Translations under genes and position numbers: made by a program
Source: Rubrivivax sp.
Lineage (GTDB): Bacteria; Pseudomonadota; Gammaproteobacteria; Burkholderiales; Burkholderiaceae_C
Direction: 5' to 3'
NCBI GenBank assembly: GCA_049453935.1
Contig: JBMTXX010000001.1
Span: 1-43,030 of the forward strand
Length of the DNA stretch: 43,030 nucleotides
The notes under the pieces: model-generated
Database searches by the model: none
What the model was told of the DNA's origin: nothing
Seen by the model: the letters and a program-made list of their open reading frames with translations, nothing else
Part shown: piece by piece, positions 8,612 through 19,787 of the stretch
How the letters are laid out: every line of letters begins with the position of its first letter
Numbering within the stretch: position 1 is the stretch's first letter

Positions 8612-9487
8612 ATGTCTGCCCGGTTCCGCCATGCCGCAATCGTCGGCAAGTACCAGGCCCGCGGCATCCAGCACGTGCTGGAGGACGTGGCCCAGTTTCT
8701 GGCCGACCAGGGGCTGGACGTCTCCATGGACGAGGAAACCGCCAGCGGCGCCGGTCTCTCCCGATTCGACGTCATTCGCCGCGACAGGCTTGGCACCCAG
8801 TGCGACGTGGTGGTGGTGGTCGGCGGCGACGGCACCATGCTGGGGATCGCGCGCGAGATTGCGCGCCACGACGTCCCGCTGATCGGCATCAACCAGGGGC
8901 GGCTGGGTTTCATCACCGACGTGTCGATCGACCGCTTCCGCGAGGCGCTGGCGCCGATGCTGGCGGGCGAATACGAGGAAGACCGCCGCACCATGCTCGA
9001 CGGCAGTGTCTGGCGCGACGGAGACCGCATCTTCGAAGGCCTGTCGATGAACGACGTGGTCGTCAGCCGCGGCGCCACCGCGAGCATGGTCGAACTGCGC
9101 GTCACGATCGACGGTGACTTCGTCGCCAATCTGAGGGCCGACGGGCTGATCGTGGCGTCACCGACCGGCGCCACGGCCTACGCGCTGTCCGCGGGCGGGC
9201 CCATCCTGCACCCCCGTATCGCGGGATGGGTGCTGGTGCCCATCGCTTCTCATACCTTGTCCAACCGGCCGATCGTGCTGCCCGACCAGGGCGAGATCCG
9301 CATCGAGATCGTCGCCGGGCGCGACGCGTCGGCCAACTTCGACATGCAGGCACTGACCAGTCTGCTGCACGGTGACGAGGTGCGTGTGCGGCGCTCGCAG
9401 CACAAGGTGCGCTTCCTGCACCCGAAAGGCTGGAGCTACTACGCCACGCTGCGGCGCAAGCTGCGCTGGTATCAGGACGTGGTGTAG
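8612..9487 (+). CDS. nadK: NAD+ kinase
   Basis: [18 protein letters not shown] motif and [22 protein letters not shown]; conserved hrcA-nadK-recN synteny. Confidence 0.96.
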   Translation: MSARFRHAAIVGKYQARGIQHVLEDVAQFLADQGLDVSMDEETASGAGLSRFDVIRRDRLGTQCDVVVVVGGDGTMLGIAREIARHDVPLIGINQGRLGFITDVSIDRFREALAPMLAGEYEEDRRTMLDGSVWRDGDRIFEGLSMNDVVVSRGATASMVELRVTIDGDFVANLRADGLIVASPTGATAYALSAGGPILHPRIAGWVLVPIASHTLSNRPIVLPDQGEIRIEIVAGRDASANFDMQALTSLLHGDEVRVRRSQHKVRFLHPKGWSYYATLRRKLRWYQDVV

Positions 9488-9512
9488 AGGGTTTCGGGGA
9501 CGGGGCGACGCG

Positions 9513-11174
9513 ATGCTCAGACGCCTGGTGCTCAAGGATTACGCCATCGTGCGTGCGCTCGAGGTCGATCTGGCCGCGGGCTTTACCGTGCTCACCGGCG
9601 AGACCGGGGCGGGCAAGTCCATCCTGATCGACGCCTTGCAACTGGCCCTCGGGGAGCGCGCCGACGCGCGTGCCGTGCGGGAGGGTGCGCCACGTGCCGA
9701 GGTCGTGGCCGAGTTCGACCTGCCGCAGGCCGTGCAAGTCTGGCTGATCGAAGCGGGCTTCGATCTCGTGGACGAGGGGCTGCTCCTGCGCCGCGTGATC
9801 GACGCCCAGGGGCGCAGCCGCGCCTGGATCAACGGCGGCGTTGCCACGGTGGCGCAGTTGCGCGAACTGGCCGATCACCTCGTCGAGATCCACGGACAGC
9901 ATGCCTGGCAGAGCCTCACGCGCCCCGCCGCCGTGCGGGCGCTCCTTGATGCGCAGGCCGGCGTCGACACGCAGGCCTTGCAGGCGGCGTGGGCGGCCTG
10001 GCGTGATGCGCAGGCGGCGCTGAGCCGTGCGCGCTCCGAGCAGTCGGCGATGCTGCGCGAGCGTGAGCGTCTGCAATGGCAGTTGTCGGAGCTGGATCCG
10101 CTGGCACCCCAGCCCGACGAGTGGGCACAGCTCGATGCGGAACACACGCGGCTGGCGCATGCGCAGGCGCTGCTCGAGGCCGCCGCCGGCGCCCTGCAGG
10201 CCACCTCCGAGGCCGAGCCGTCAGCCGATGCGCTGGCCGGCCGCGCGGCGGAGGCGCTCGAGGCTGTCGCACGCTACGACCCGCAGCTCGAGGAGGTCGT
10301 GCAGGTGTTGCAGTCGGCCCAGGCCCAGTTGCAGGACGCGGCGCACACGCTGCGTGCCTATCTGGCGCATCACGACCCCGATCCTGGACGCCTGGCCGAA
10401 CTGGACCGCCGCATGTCGACGTGGTTGCAACTGGCGCGTCGGCACCGCCGCGCGCCGGCCGAGTTGCCGGCACTTTGGCAGGAATGGCAGGCGCAGTTGC
10501 AGCGCCTGGATGCCATTGCGGACGAACAGACGCTCGCACATGCAGAGCAACAGGCGCGGCTGTCTTTCGAGGCGGTCGCCCGTCAGGTGTCGGCGGCGCG
10601 TCAGGCCCGGGCCCCGTTGCTGGCGGCCGCCATCACGCAGGCGATGCAGCAGCTGGGCATGGCTGGTGGACGTTTCGAGATCCACCTGCCCGCGCTGGAT
10701 GCGCCCGCAGCCCATGGCCTGGAGGAAGTGGAGTTTCGCGTCGCCGGCCATGCCGGTGCAAGCCCGCAGCCGCTGGCAAGGGTGGCCTCCGGCGGCGAGC
10801 TCTCTCGTCTGGCCTTGGCCATCGCGGCGACCACCGCGCGGGGTCGTCGTGGCGCGGACACCCGGGCCACGCTGATCTTCGACGAGATCGACGCCGGTGT
10901 CGGTGGCGCGGTCGGCGATGCCGTCGGGCGGATGATGAAGCAGCTCGGCGCCGATGCGCAGGTGCTGGCCGTCACACACCTGGCGCAGGTGGCGGCCTGT
11001 GCCGATGCGCACCTGGTTGTGGCCAAGACCGTGGACGACGGCCGCGTGTCGAGCAGCGTGCGCGCGGTCCTGGGCGAGGCGAGGGTGGCCGAGGTGGCGC
11101 GCATGCTCGGCGGCGAGCGGTTGGCCGACACCAGTCGCGCCCATGCCCAGGCCTTGCTCGGAGGGGCCGCATGA
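9513..11174 (+). CDS. recN: DNA repair protein RecN
   Basis: TGETGAGKS, EIHGQH, coiled coil, ASGGELSR, LIFDEIDAGVGG and VTHLAQVAA. Confidence 0.96.
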   Translation: MLRRLVLKDYAIVRALEVDLAAGFTVLTGETGAGKSILIDALQLALGERADARAVREGAPRAEVVAEFDLPQAVQVWLIEAGFDLVDEGLLLRRVIDAQGRSRAWINGGVATVAQLRELADHLVEIHGQHAWQSLTRPAAVRALLDAQAGVDTQALQAAWAAWRDAQAALSRARSEQSAMLRERERLQWQLSELDPLAPQPDEWAQLDAEHTRLAHAQALLEAAAGALQATSEAEPSADALAGRAAEALEAVARYDPQLEEVVQVLQSAQAQLQDAAHTLRAYLAHHDPDPGRLAELDRRMSTWLQLARRHRRAPAELPALWQEWQAQLQRLDAIADEQTLAHAEQQARLSFEAVARQVSAARQARAPLLAAAITQAMQQLGMAGGRFEIHLPALDAPAAHGLEEVEFRVAGHAGASPQPLARVASGGELSRLALAIAATTARGRRGADTRATLIFDEIDAGVGGAVGDAVGRMMKQLGADAQVLAVTHLAQVAACADAHLVVAKTVDDGRVSSSVRAVLGEARVAEVARMLGGERLADTSRAHAQALLGGAA

Positions 11175-11232
11175 CCGCATCAAAGCGTGCCCGCATGCCC
11201 GGCTTGCATCGATCGTTGCGGAGGTCGGTCCG

Positions 11233-12105
11233 ATGAGCGCCACCCAGGTGTTGCTGCTCAGCGGCATGTCGGGCTCCGGCAAGTCGGTGGCGTTGCATGC
11301 GCTGGAAGACGCGGGCTTCTTCTGCGTCGACAACCTCCCGCCTGAACTGCTGCCTGAATTCGTCCGTCTCGAGGGCGAGCGGCGCACGGGCCGGGTGGCT
11401 GTGGCGGTCGATGTGCGTGCAGCCGGCTCGCTGCCGGCGCTGCCGCAGTTGATCGACGCGCTGCAGACCGATGGCGTGCCGATCCGCTCGATCTTCCTGG
11501 ATGCGCTGACCCCGGCGCTGGTACGACGGTTTTCTGAAACGCGTCGCCCCCATCCGTTGGCCATGCCATCCGGCAACTCCGCAGGCGCACCGGCCTTGAT
11601 CGAGGCCATCGAGCACGAGCGAGCGCTGCTGGCCGCCCTGCGCGACCGATCGACCGTGGTCGACACCAGCCAGTTGCGCCCGGCGCAGTTGCGCACGTGG
11701 ATGCGCGACCTGGTGGGTGCGCGGGACGCGACCTTGACCCTGGTGTTCCAGTCCTTCGCCTACAAGAACGGGGTGCCGCTGGATGCCGACTTCGTCTTCG
11801 ATCTGAGGGTGCTCCCCAACCCCTTCTACGTGCGCAACCTCAGACCGCTGACCGGGCGTGACGAACCTGTGGCCACCTACCTCGACGCGCAGCCCGAGGT
11901 GGCAGAGTTGCTCGGGCAGATCGAGACCTTCCTCGAGCGCTGGGTCCCCGGCTTCGAGGCGGGACAGCGCAGCTACCTGACTGTGGCCTTGGGCTGCACG
12001 GGCGGGCAGCACCGCTCGGTCTTTGCGGCCGAGCGCTTGACGTCGCGTTTCGCGCAGCGCAGGGCGGTGCTGTTGCGCCACCGCGAGTTGGAGGTCTCCG
12101 AATGA
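11233..12105 (+). CDS. rapZ: RNase adapter RapZ (YhbJ)
   Basis: SGMSGSGKS, FCVDNLPP, RRFSETRRPHPL, DLRVLPNPF and GCTGGQHRSV; GGAGG SD upstream. Confidence 0.95.
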   Translation: MSATQVLLLSGMSGSGKSVALHALEDAGFFCVDNLPPELLPEFVRLEGERRTGRVAVAVDVRAAGSLPALPQLIDALQTDGVPIRSIFLDALTPALVRRFSETRRPHPLAMPSGNSAGAPALIEAIEHERALLAALRDRSTVVDTSQLRPAQLRTWMRDLVGARDATLTLVFQSFAYKNGVPLDADFVFDLRVLPNPFYVRNLRPLTGRDEPVATYLDAQPEVAELLGQIETFLERWVPGFEAGQRSYLTVALGCTGGQHRSVFAAERLTSRFAQRRAVLLRHRELEVSE

Positions 12106-12734
12106 CGGCTGCCGATGCCCTGATGCCTGATCCCTTGCCGCTGTTTCCTCTGCAGACGGTGCTGTTTCCCGGCGGCGTGCTCCCGCTGAAAGTCTTCGAG
12201 GCTCGTTACCTCGACCTGATGAGCCACTGCCTGCGCACGCGCGAGCCTTTCGGTGTGGCCTGCATCATCCGCGGCAACGAGGCTGGCGCGGCGGCCGACG
12301 GCATGCGCATCGAGGCCGTAGGCGTGCTGGCGCATCTGCAGGAGGTCGATGCGGAGCAGGCCGGCATTCTCAAGGTCTCCTGCATCGGAGGGTCGCGTTT
12401 TCGCTTGCTGCAGGCGCCGGTGCAACGCCCCGACGGCCTGTGGGTGGGCACGGCCAGGGGGATGCCTGCCGATGATGTGGTGGCGCCTGACGCGGCGTTT
12501 TCCCAGACCGTTCAGGCGCTGAAGGAAGCCGCAGATGCGCTCGTGTCGCAGGACGTGCGCGCCATTGCCGAACCCTATCGATGGGATGACGCGGGCTGGG
12601 TGGCCAACCGCTGGAGCGAGTTGCTTCCCGTGTCGCTGGTGGCCAAGCAGCGGCTGATGGAGCTTGAAGACCCGGTGGCGCGCCTGCGTCTGGTGGATGA
12701 ATTCCTTCGCAGCAGGCGCGTTCACCCTTCCTGA
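12102..12734 (+). CDS. LON peptidase substrate-binding (N-terminal) domain protein
   Basis: LPLFPLQTVLFPGGVLPLKVFEARYLDL; no AAA+ or protease domain; ATGA overlap with rapZ. Confidence 0.9.
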   Translation: MTAADALMPDPLPLFPLQTVLFPGGVLPLKVFEARYLDLMSHCLRTREPFGVACIIRGNEAGAAADGMRIEAVGVLAHLQEVDAEQAGILKVSCIGGSRFRLLQAPVQRPDGLWVGTARGMPADDVVAPDAAFSQTVQALKEAADALVSQDVRAIAEPYRWDDAGWVANRWSELLPVSLVAKQRLMELEDPVARLRLVDEFLRSRRVHPS

Positions 12735-12800
12735 GGACAGGGCGGGCAGTCACGCGCTGCGGATCGTCGCCTGACCGGGCCACCCGACATCGCAATGGAG

Positions 12801-13889
12801 TCAGGGGCTGCGGCTGCCATCCATCCTGTGTGTCTGTTCCTGCAGCATCGTGATTTGGTCCGCCCAGTGGTTGGGTGACCCGAAATCAGGGAAGGCGCGC
12901 GAGAAGGCGGGGTCCTGCCAGCGCAGGGCGATCCAGGCGCTGTGACGCAGCAAGCGCAAGGTCCGCAGGGGCTCGATCAGGCGCAACTCGGCATCGTCGA
13001 AGTCTGCAAAGTCTTCATAGCCCCGCAGCAGGGCGTCGAGTTGCCGGCGTCGGCTCTCGCCGTCCTGGCCGTCCAGGAACAGCCAGAGGTCCTGCATCGC
13101 CGGGCCGGTGCAGGCATCGTCGAAGTCCACCAGGTGCAGCACCTCGTCGCGCTCGAGCAGGTTGCCGCGGTGGGCGTCGCCGTGCAGCCTGATCGTGCGG
13201 AGTCCGTCGCCGCCGGCGGCGCGGTCGAAGGCGCGCTGCACGGCCTCCATCGCCCTTCGGGCCGCGCTGGTCCATCCCGCTTGCAGGGACGGATCGATGA
13301 CTTCCAGCGCCAGCAGGGTGTCGACGGCTTCCGTGCCACGCTCCGGGGTCAACGCCGTGCGATGCTCGAAGGCCTGCCGGCCACCCAAGGCGTGCACCCG
13401 ACCGATCAGGCGTCCCAGGCGCTCGAAGGCCTGAGGCGTCTCGACGCTGGGGTCGCGGCCTCCCAGCCACGGGCTGGCGGCCATGCGCAGTGATGCACCG
13501 TCGGGGGTCTGCTCTGACGCGACACCATCGTCAGCGCGGACCGGCCAGTGCAGCAGGGTATGCCGATCGCCGACCACGCACGCGCCCGATGGCGCGTCAG
13601 ATCGCAGTTGCAGGCTGAGCGGTGTGAGCACCGGCAGTTCGGCGCGTGCGAGCTCCGCGATGAAGCCGTGTTCCTCCAGGATCTGTGCGTCGCTCCAGCG
13701 GCCAGGCCGGTACACCTTGGTGGCCACCGCACCGGTCTCCTCGAGCATCACCCTGAACACCCGGTTCTCGTAGGAGTTCAGCTGCAGCAGCCGGCCGTCA
13801 CCGGGCAGGTCTACGGCTTCCATCGCGCTCAGCACGGTCTGGGGTCGCAAGTCCGCGAAAACGGGCAGGGCAGTTCGGCGTGTGGGCAT
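12801..13889 (-). CDS. srkA: Stress response Ser/Thr kinase SrkA/RdoA (YihE)
   Basis: LNSYENRV, KVYRPGRWS..QILEEH, LHGDAHRGN, VDFDD, GPAMQDLW and RWQDPAF motifs. Confidence 0.93.
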   Translation of the reverse strand: MPTRRTALPVFADLRPQTVLSAMEAVDLPGDGRLLQLNSYENRVFRVMLEETGAVATKVYRPGRWSDAQILEEHGFIAELARAELPVLTPLSLQLRSDAPSGACVVGDRHTLLHWPVRADDGVASEQTPDGASLRMAASPWLGGRDPSVETPQAFERLGRLIGRVHALGGRQAFEHRTALTPERGTEAVDTLLALEVIDPSLQAGWTSAARRAMEAVQRAFDRAAGGDGLRTIRLHGDAHRGNLLERDEVLHLVDFDDACTGPAMQDLWLFLDGQDGESRRRQLDALLRGYEDFADFDDAELRLIEPLRTLRLLRHSAWIALRWQDPAFSRAFPDFGSPNHWADQITMLQEQTHRMDGSRSP

Positions 13890-14192
13890 GCTGGGTGAGG
13901 CAGCTTCCGGGTCTGTGCGCAGCGGTGATCGCCGGGGCGGACCACGGATCTAGGTCACCCGGTGGAGGCGGATCGAGGCCTTGGAAGCAGGAGCAGCTAT
14001 ACTAACCGGCTTTCCCGAAATCGGCGGGGAGGTTTGTCTGGCGTGATCTGGCTGCGTCCTGTGTGATGCGGTCGGAGCTGCAGCCAGCCCGAGAGGCCAC
14101 CGGACGAGTGGTTCCGAGGGCGGGTGGACGGGCCGTACAGCCGTGTTGCGGCGCGCAGGCCTTCAGCTTGCGACGCCTTCTGAAAGACCCTC

Positions 14193-14621
14193 ATGAAAAC
14201 CTTCAGCGCCAAGCCGGCCGAGGTGACGCACGAGTGGTTTGTGATTGACGCCACCGACAAGGTGCTCGGACGTGTCGCCAGCGAAGTGGCACACCGTTTG
14301 CGCGGCAAGCACAAGGCCATCTACACGCCTCACGTCGACACCGGTGACTTCATCGTCATCGTCAACGCCGACAAGATCCGCGTCACGGGCTCCAAGGCCA
14401 CGGACAAGATCTACTACCGCCACTCCGGATACCCGGGCGGCATCACCGCGACCCCTTTCAAGGACATGCAGGCCCGGCATCCCGGCCGCGCGATCGAGAA
14501 AGCCGTCAAGGGCATGCTCCCCAAGGGCCCGTTGGGCTACGCGATGATCAAGAAGCTGAAGGTGTACGCGGGCGCCACGCATCCGCACACCGCACAGCAA
14601 CCCAAACCGCTCGAGATCTGA
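14193..14621 (+). CDS. rplM: 50S ribosomal protein L13
   Basis: [45 protein letters not shown]. Confidence 0.99.
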   Translation: MKTFSAKPAEVTHEWFVIDATDKVLGRVASEVAHRLRGKHKAIYTPHVDTGDFIVIVNADKIRVTGSKATDKIYYRHSGYPGGITATPFKDMQARHPGRAIEKAVKGMLPKGPLGYAMIKKLKVYAGATHPHTAQQPKPLEI

Positions 14622-14629
14622 GGTCGGCC

Positions 14630-15022
14630 ATGATCGGACAATGGAATTACGGCACGGGTCGGCGCAAGTCGTCGGTGGCGCGTGTGTTCATCAAGCGCGG
14701 CACCGGGCAGATCATCGTCAACGGCAAGCCACTGGACCAGTACTTCGGCCGGCAGACCTCGATCATGATCGTGCAGCAGCCCTTGCTGCTGACGTCGAAT
14801 GCGCAGGTGTTCGACATCAAGGTCAACGTCCACGGCGGCGGTGAGTCGGGCCAGGCCGGTGCGGTGCGCCACGGCATCACGCGGGCGCTGATCGATTACG
14901 ACGCGGCGCTCAAGCCCGAGCTGAGCCAGGCGGGTTTCGTCACGCGTGACGCCCGCGAGGTCGAGCGCAAGAAGGTGGGCTTGCACAGCGCCCGCCGTCG
15001 CAAGCAGTTCAGCAAGCGCTGA
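14630..15022 (+). CDS. rpsI: 30S ribosomal protein S9
   Basis: [23 protein letters not shown] and [17 protein letters not shown]. Confidence 0.99.
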   Translation: MIGQWNYGTGRRKSSVARVFIKRGTGQIIVNGKPLDQYFGRQTSIMIVQQPLLLTSNAQVFDIKVNVHGGGESGQAGAVRHGITRALIDYDAALKPELSQAGFVTRDAREVERKKVGLHSARRRKQFSKR

Positions 15023-15081
15023 TCTGCCGCCACCCGTCTTGCGGCCGCATGGGCTGCAAGGGTGGTTTGCAGCATCAAGAG

Positions 15082-15117
15082 ACGTCTCCCGGCTTTGCAT
15101 GGCTGGGGGACGTTTTT
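15082..15117 (+). terminator. Intrinsic terminator after rplM-rpsI
   Basis: 12-bp stem ACGTCTCCCGGC / GCTGGGGGACGT (two G-U pairs) followed by TTTT. Confidence 0.65.
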
Positions 15118-15283
15118 CATTTCAGCATGGCTGGGTGCCTGCCACGACCAAGCCTTGTCGTGCACCGAAAAGCGCCCCAGTAGTATGCTCGGGCTTTCGG
15201 GGTCGGCATGCGGATCAGGCCTCGATTGGTGACCAGACCATGATGGCGGCGTGCCCGCATGCCGCGTTTCCGGAGGAAAGACC

Positions 15284-15658
15284 ATGAATGCTCTTGCAGA
15301 ACCCCTGCAGCCCGTCGTCGAGGAGATGCCGGCGCCGCTGATCTTCACTGACAGCGCCGCGGCCAAGGTGAAGGACCTCGTCGACGAGGAGGGCAATCCC
15401 GACCTGAAACTGCGCGTGTTCGTCCAGGGGGGCGGATGTTCGGGATTCCAGTACGGGTTCACCTTCGACGAAGTCGTCAACGAGGACGACACGCCGATGT
15501 CGAAGAACGGCGTCACCCTGCTGATCGACGCGATGAGCCTGCAGTACCTGATGGGTGCCGAGATCGACTACAAGGAAGACTTGCAGGGCGCGCAGTTCGT
15601 GATCAAGAACCCGAACGCGACCACGACCTGCGGTTGCGGCTCGTCCTTCTCGGTCTGA
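15284..15658 (+). CDS. erpA: Fe-S cluster insertion protein ErpA
   Basis: [20 protein letters not shown] and [14 protein letters not shown]; GGAGG SD upstream. Confidence 0.96.
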   Translation: MNALAEPLQPVVEEMPAPLIFTDSAAAKVKDLVDEEGNPDLKLRVFVQGGGCSGFQYGFTFDEVVNEDDTPMSKNGVTLLIDAMSLQYLMGAEIDYKEDLQGAQFVIKNPNATTTCGCGSSFSV

Positions 15659-15669
15659 GTTTCACGCGG

Positions 15670-15695
15670 GTCTGCCTCCAGACCCTGAGGCAGAC
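15670..15695. terminator. Hairpin between convergent erpA and anmK
   Basis: GTCTGCCTC-N8-GAGGCAGAC perfect 9-bp stem; no adjacent U tract, so the terminator role is uncertain. Confidence 0.4.
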
Positions 15696-15724
15696 GGCGT
15701 TCGTTTTCGACGCCTCGGCGCTCG

Positions 15725-16846
15725 TCAGTGCGCCGGGTGCAGACAGCCCAGCCGGCGAGGGCCCCGCGCACCCGTGACGGCGGGCACGTTGCCTGGCAGG
15801 CTTGTCAGATGCGCATGGGCCAGCCAGGCAAAGGCCAGCGCTTCGACCTGGTCGACAGGTACCTGATGACTCTGCTGTGTCGTGACCACCTGTGCACGCG
15901 GCAACAGGCGCGACAGTCGGCCCATCAGGTCTTGGTTGCAGGCGCCGCCTCCGCAGACGTGCAGCATGTCGGTCTGCGACGCGTGCCGATCGATGGCCTG
16001 TGCGGCGGCACTGGCGGTGTATGCGGCCAGCGTTGCCTGCACATCCTGAGGTGATGGTCTGTCGTGGCCCCGCATGGCCTGCAGTTTGGCCTCCAGCCAA
16101 CCCAGACTGAACAGGTCGCGTCCTGTGCTCTTCGGCGGGCGCCGATCGAGATAGGGCTCTTTCATCAGCACACCGAGCAGCCCGTCGTGCACTTGGCCCG
16201 CTGCGGCCCACCGTCCGTCCCGGTCGAAGGGCAAGCCGGTGTGACGTTCGCACCAGCCGTCGAGCAGCACATTCCCAGGCCCGCAATCGAATCCGCTGAC
16301 CTCGCCTTCGTGGGGGCCGAGCAGGGTCAGGTTGGCGATGCCGCCCAGATTGAGCACCGCCGTGTGCCGGCCGGGACGGAAGAACACGCTGGCGTGGAAT
16401 GCCGGAACAAGGGGAGCGCCTTGGCCTCCGGCGGCCAGATCGCGGCTTCTGAAGTCGCACACCACATCGATGCCGCTGAGTTCCGCGAGCAGTGCACCGT
16501 TGAGCAACTGCACGGTGTAGCCTGTACCGTCGAACTCCAGCGGACGGTGCCGGATCGTCTGCCCGTGTGCCCCGATCGCCCGCACCTGCTGACCTTCGAC
16601 CCCCGCCTTGACCAGAACGGCGGCCACAATGTCGGCGTAGGACCTGGCCACCGCATTGGCCGCCAGCGCACCCCGGCGGATCTCGTCCGGCCCGGACGCG
16701 TTCAGCGCCAGGAGTTCCTGGCGCAGGCATAGATCGTAGGGCTGGTGGACGTGCGCCACGACCCGTGTGCCTTGTGCAGAGAAATCCACCAGGACACCGT
16801 CGACGCCGTCGAGCGATGTGCCTGACATCAGGCCGATGACCCGCAA
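15725..16846 (-). CDS. anmK: Anhydro-N-acetylmuramic acid kinase
   Basis: IGLMSGTSLDGVD, HGQTIRH, DLAAGGQGAPLVP, NLGGIAN, PKSTGRDLF and EALAFAWLA. TTG start, with an in-frame stop just upstream. Confidence 0.96.
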   Translation of the reverse strand: MRVIGLMSGTSLDGVDGVLVDFSAQGTRVVAHVHQPYDLCLRQELLALNASGPDEIRRGALAANAVARSYADIVAAVLVKAGVEGQQVRAIGAHGQTIRHRPLEFDGTGYTVQLLNGALLAELSGIDVVCDFRSRDLAAGGQGAPLVPAFHASVFFRPGRHTAVLNLGGIANLTLLGPHEGEVSGFDCGPGNVLLDGWCERHTGLPFDRDGRWAAAGQVHDGLLGVLMKEPYLDRRPPKSTGRDLFSLGWLEAKLQAMRGHDRPSPQDVQATLAAYTASAAAQAIDRHASQTDMLHVCGGGACNQDLMGRLSRLLPRAQVVTTQQSHQVPVDQVEALAFAWLAHAHLTSLPGNVPAVTGARGPRRLGCLHPAH

Positions 16847-16875
16847 TGCGTGCCTGCCTCAGACGACGCAGCGGA

Positions 16876-18249
16876 TCATTCGAAACGCAGCGGCCCGCTG
16901 ATGGACTCAGCGGCTTCGAGCTTGGCCTGCACTACGCGAGCCACTTCCTCGAAGCGTGGGCGAGCCCGGGAGTCCAGACGTATCGTCTCGGCAGATTTGG
17001 CGATCTTCAACGGGTCCTGGTGGACGCCACCCACGCGGAACTCGAAATGCAGATGAGGACCTGTGGCCCACCCAGTGGCGCCTACGGCACCGATCAGGTC
17101 GCCCTGCTCAACACGCTGACCCTTGCGGACGCTCACCCGACTCAGATGCGCATACACGGTCGTACGACGGGCATCATGCCGTATGAAGACCACTTTGCCG
17201 AAACCGTTCTGCCAACCCGCGAAGTCGACCGTGCCGCCACCCACCGTGCGTACCGGCGTACCGCTGGGCGCAGCGTAATCCACGCCGTTGTGGGCACGCA
17301 TGCGTCTGAGGATCGGGTGCATGCGCATCGCAAAACCCGACGTGATGCGTGAGAACTCGACCGGACTGGCAAGGAAGACGCGCTTGCGGCTGCGCCCGCT
17401 GGGGTCGAAGTAGGCGCCGCGGCCCCCGCTCTCGAACCAGATCGCCTGGTGCACGGTGCCGGCGTTCACGAACTCTGCCGCCAACACGCGGCCCGCACCC
17501 TCGTTCCAGGGCACAGGTTCCCCATCGGCCGTCAGTGCCTCGTACACCAGGCTGAAGGTGTCGCCTTTGCGCAATTCGCGGTGGAAATCGATGTCGACCG
17601 CGAAGATCTCCGCGAGTTGGGCGGCGACTTTGTCGGGGATCCGGGCTTCGTCCGTGGCTGCGAACAGTGAACTGCTGATGGTGCCGCTGGCCAGTCGCGT
17701 TTCCGTGGCCACCGGCACGGTCGTCGTGTCGCGGATCCAGGCGTCACCCTGAGCCCGCAGGCGAGTCCGCGTGAAATGCGTGCTCGTCAGCTGGGGGCGC
17801 TCCGCAGGGGACCGGATGATGAGCTCGATCAGGCCACCCGAGCCGTCGGAGCGCACTTGCACGATACGCGGGCTGCGGCCGTCGAGGGCCTTGCGCACGG
17901 CGGCGTCGCGGGCGACCAGACGCAGCGCTTTGGCGTCGGTGACGCCCAGGCGCCGGAGTTCGGTCGTCAGCGACATGCCTGGGCGCGTGACGATGGTCTG
18001 CGAGAGTTCGAGCGAGTGGCCGGCCAGCGCTTCGAGCTGAGGCTCGATCTGGACCGTGGCGACTTCCTCCGACACGATGGACTGCGGCAGATCGGCCGCA
18101 TCCGGGGCCAACGGCGCAACGGCGAAAGCCACCACGCCGAAAGTCGCGAGGCACGCCACCAGAGCCCAGGATGCCGCACGGCCGTAACGCTGACGCCATC
18201 GGACCGCGCGCCCGTTCCAGTCTCGAACAGTATGGGGGATGGACTTCAA
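16876..18249 (-). CDS. M23 family murein DD-endopeptidase (MepM-like)
   Basis: N-terminal TM anchor, DIDFHRELRKGD, HxxxD (HNGVD), YAHLS and HxH (GPHLHFE). TTG start inferred at 18249. Classic anmK-M23-tyrS synteny. Confidence 0.9.
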   Translation of the reverse strand: MKSIPHTVRDWNGRAVRWRQRYGRAASWALVACLATFGVVAFAVAPLAPDAADLPQSIVSEEVATVQIEPQLEALAGHSLELSQTIVTRPGMSLTTELRRLGVTDAKALRLVARDAAVRKALDGRSPRIVQVRSDGSGGLIELIIRSPAERPQLTSTHFTRTRLRAQGDAWIRDTTTVPVATETRLASGTISSSLFAATDEARIPDKVAAQLAEIFAVDIDFHRELRKGDTFSLVYEALTADGEPVPWNEGAGRVLAAEFVNAGTVHQAIWFESGGRGAYFDPSGRSRKRVFLASPVEFSRITSGFAMRMHPILRRMRAHNGVDYAAPSGTPVRTVGGGTVDFAGWQNGFGKVVFIRHDARRTTVYAHLSRVSVRKGQRVEQGDLIGAVGATGWATGPHLHFEFRVGGVHQDPLKIAKSAETIRLDSRARPRFEEVARVVQAKLEAAESISGPLRFE

Positions 18250-18474
18250 TGCCTCGGGTCCTGCCAACCTGGCCTTGAAATACCCCCCGGTACAGGGGGC
18301 GCGTGGTCGACGCCATCGGCGCCTGGCTTGGTCCCGTGACCGGCGCCTAGAATCCCTTGCTGGTCGAAGCCAACGCTTCGGCAGGATGGGACAAAGTCGC
18401 GAATGAGCCCGGGGCTGCAAGTATATCAAGCAGCGAGATCCCCCCGGCAGACGAATTGCACCGGAAATCTCGCC

Positions 18475-19719
18475 ATGATCGAACCCCAGGCTGGGACCAG
18501 CCGCAACGGTTTTCCTATCGACGACCGTATCGAGCACGCGCTGGCCGTGACCCAGCGTGGCTGCGAGGAACTTCTGCCCGAGGCCGACTGGTTGCGCAAG
18601 CTCGCGCGATCGCAGGCCACCGGTGTGCCGCTGCGCATCAAGCTCGGCCTGGATCCGACGGCGCCTGACATCCACCTCGGCCACACGGTGGTGCTGAACA
18701 AGATGCGCCAGTTGCAGGATCTGGGGCACCAGGTGATCTTCCTGATCGGCGACTTCACCTCGATGATCGGTGACCCGTCCGGGCGCAACGCCACGCGGCC
18801 GCCGCTGACGCGCGAGCAGATCGAGGCCAATGCGCAGACCTACTATCGCCAGGCCAGTCTGGTGCTGGACCCCGCCCGCACCGAGATCCGCTACAACAGC
18901 GAGTGGAGCGATCCGCTGGGCGCGCGCGGCATGATCCAGCTCGCTGCACGCTACACCGTGGCGCGCATGATGGAGCGGGACGATTTCTCCAAGCGGTTCA
19001 AGGCGGGTACGCCGATTTCGGTGCACGAATTTCTTTACCCGCTGATGCAGGGCTACGACTCGGTGGCGCTGAAGTCCGACCTCGAACTCGGCGGCACCGA
19101 TCAGAAGTTCAACCTGCTGGTGGGCCGGGCGCTGCAGTCCGAGTACGGGCAGGAGCCCCAGTGCATCCTGACCATGCCCTTGCTCGAGGGCCTCGACGGT
19201 GTCGAGAAGATGAGCAAGAGCAAGCAGAACTACATCGGCATCACCGAGCCCGCGAACTCGATGTACGCCAAGCTGCTGTCCATCAGTGATGACTTGATGT
19301 GGCGCTACTACACCTTGCTGAGTTTCCTCCCCGAGCCGCAGATCGAGGCGCTGCGGGCAGAAGTCGAAGCCGGACGCAATCCGAAGGACGCCAAGGTGAT
19401 GCTGGCCCGAGAGATCACCACCCGTTTCCATGGGGGAGCAGCGGCCGAGGCGGCGCAGCAGGACTTCCAGAATCGTGCAGCCGGTGGCATTCCTGACGAG
19501 ATCCCTGAAGTGACGCTTTCCGGCGCGCCGTTGTCGATCGGCCCTCTTCTGAAGCAGGCGGGTCTTGTGGCCTCCACCGGCGAGGCGCTGCGTCTGGTCG
19601 AGCAGGGCGGCGTGCGCATCGACGGCGCGCCGGTGTCCGACAAGGCGCTGAAGCTCGCCGCGGGGACCTTCGTCGTTCAGGTCGGCAAGCGCAAGTTCGC
19701 CCGGCTGACGCTGTGCTGA
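18475..19719 (+). CDS. tyrS: Tyrosine--tRNA ligase
   Basis: [13 protein letters not shown] (HIGH), [21 protein letters not shown] and a C-terminal S4 domain. Confidence 0.98.
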   Translation: MIEPQAGTSRNGFPIDDRIEHALAVTQRGCEELLPEADWLRKLARSQATGVPLRIKLGLDPTAPDIHLGHTVVLNKMRQLQDLGHQVIFLIGDFTSMIGDPSGRNATRPPLTREQIEANAQTYYRQASLVLDPARTEIRYNSEWSDPLGARGMIQLAARYTVARMMERDDFSKRFKAGTPISVHEFLYPLMQGYDSVALKSDLELGGTDQKFNLLVGRALQSEYGQEPQCILTMPLLEGLDGVEKMSKSKQNYIGITEPANSMYAKLLSISDDLMWRYYTLLSFLPEPQIEALRAEVEAGRNPKDAKVMLAREITTRFHGGAAAEAAQQDFQNRAAGGIPDEIPEVTLSGAPLSIGPLLKQAGLVASTGEALRLVEQGGVRIDGAPVSDKALKLAAGTFVVQVGKRKFARLTLC

Positions 19720-19787
19720 GTCGCCAGGACTGCCGTTTCCGATCGGGCGTGCCCGCCGCCGATGCGGCGCGCCGCTGAAGGCGGGTG

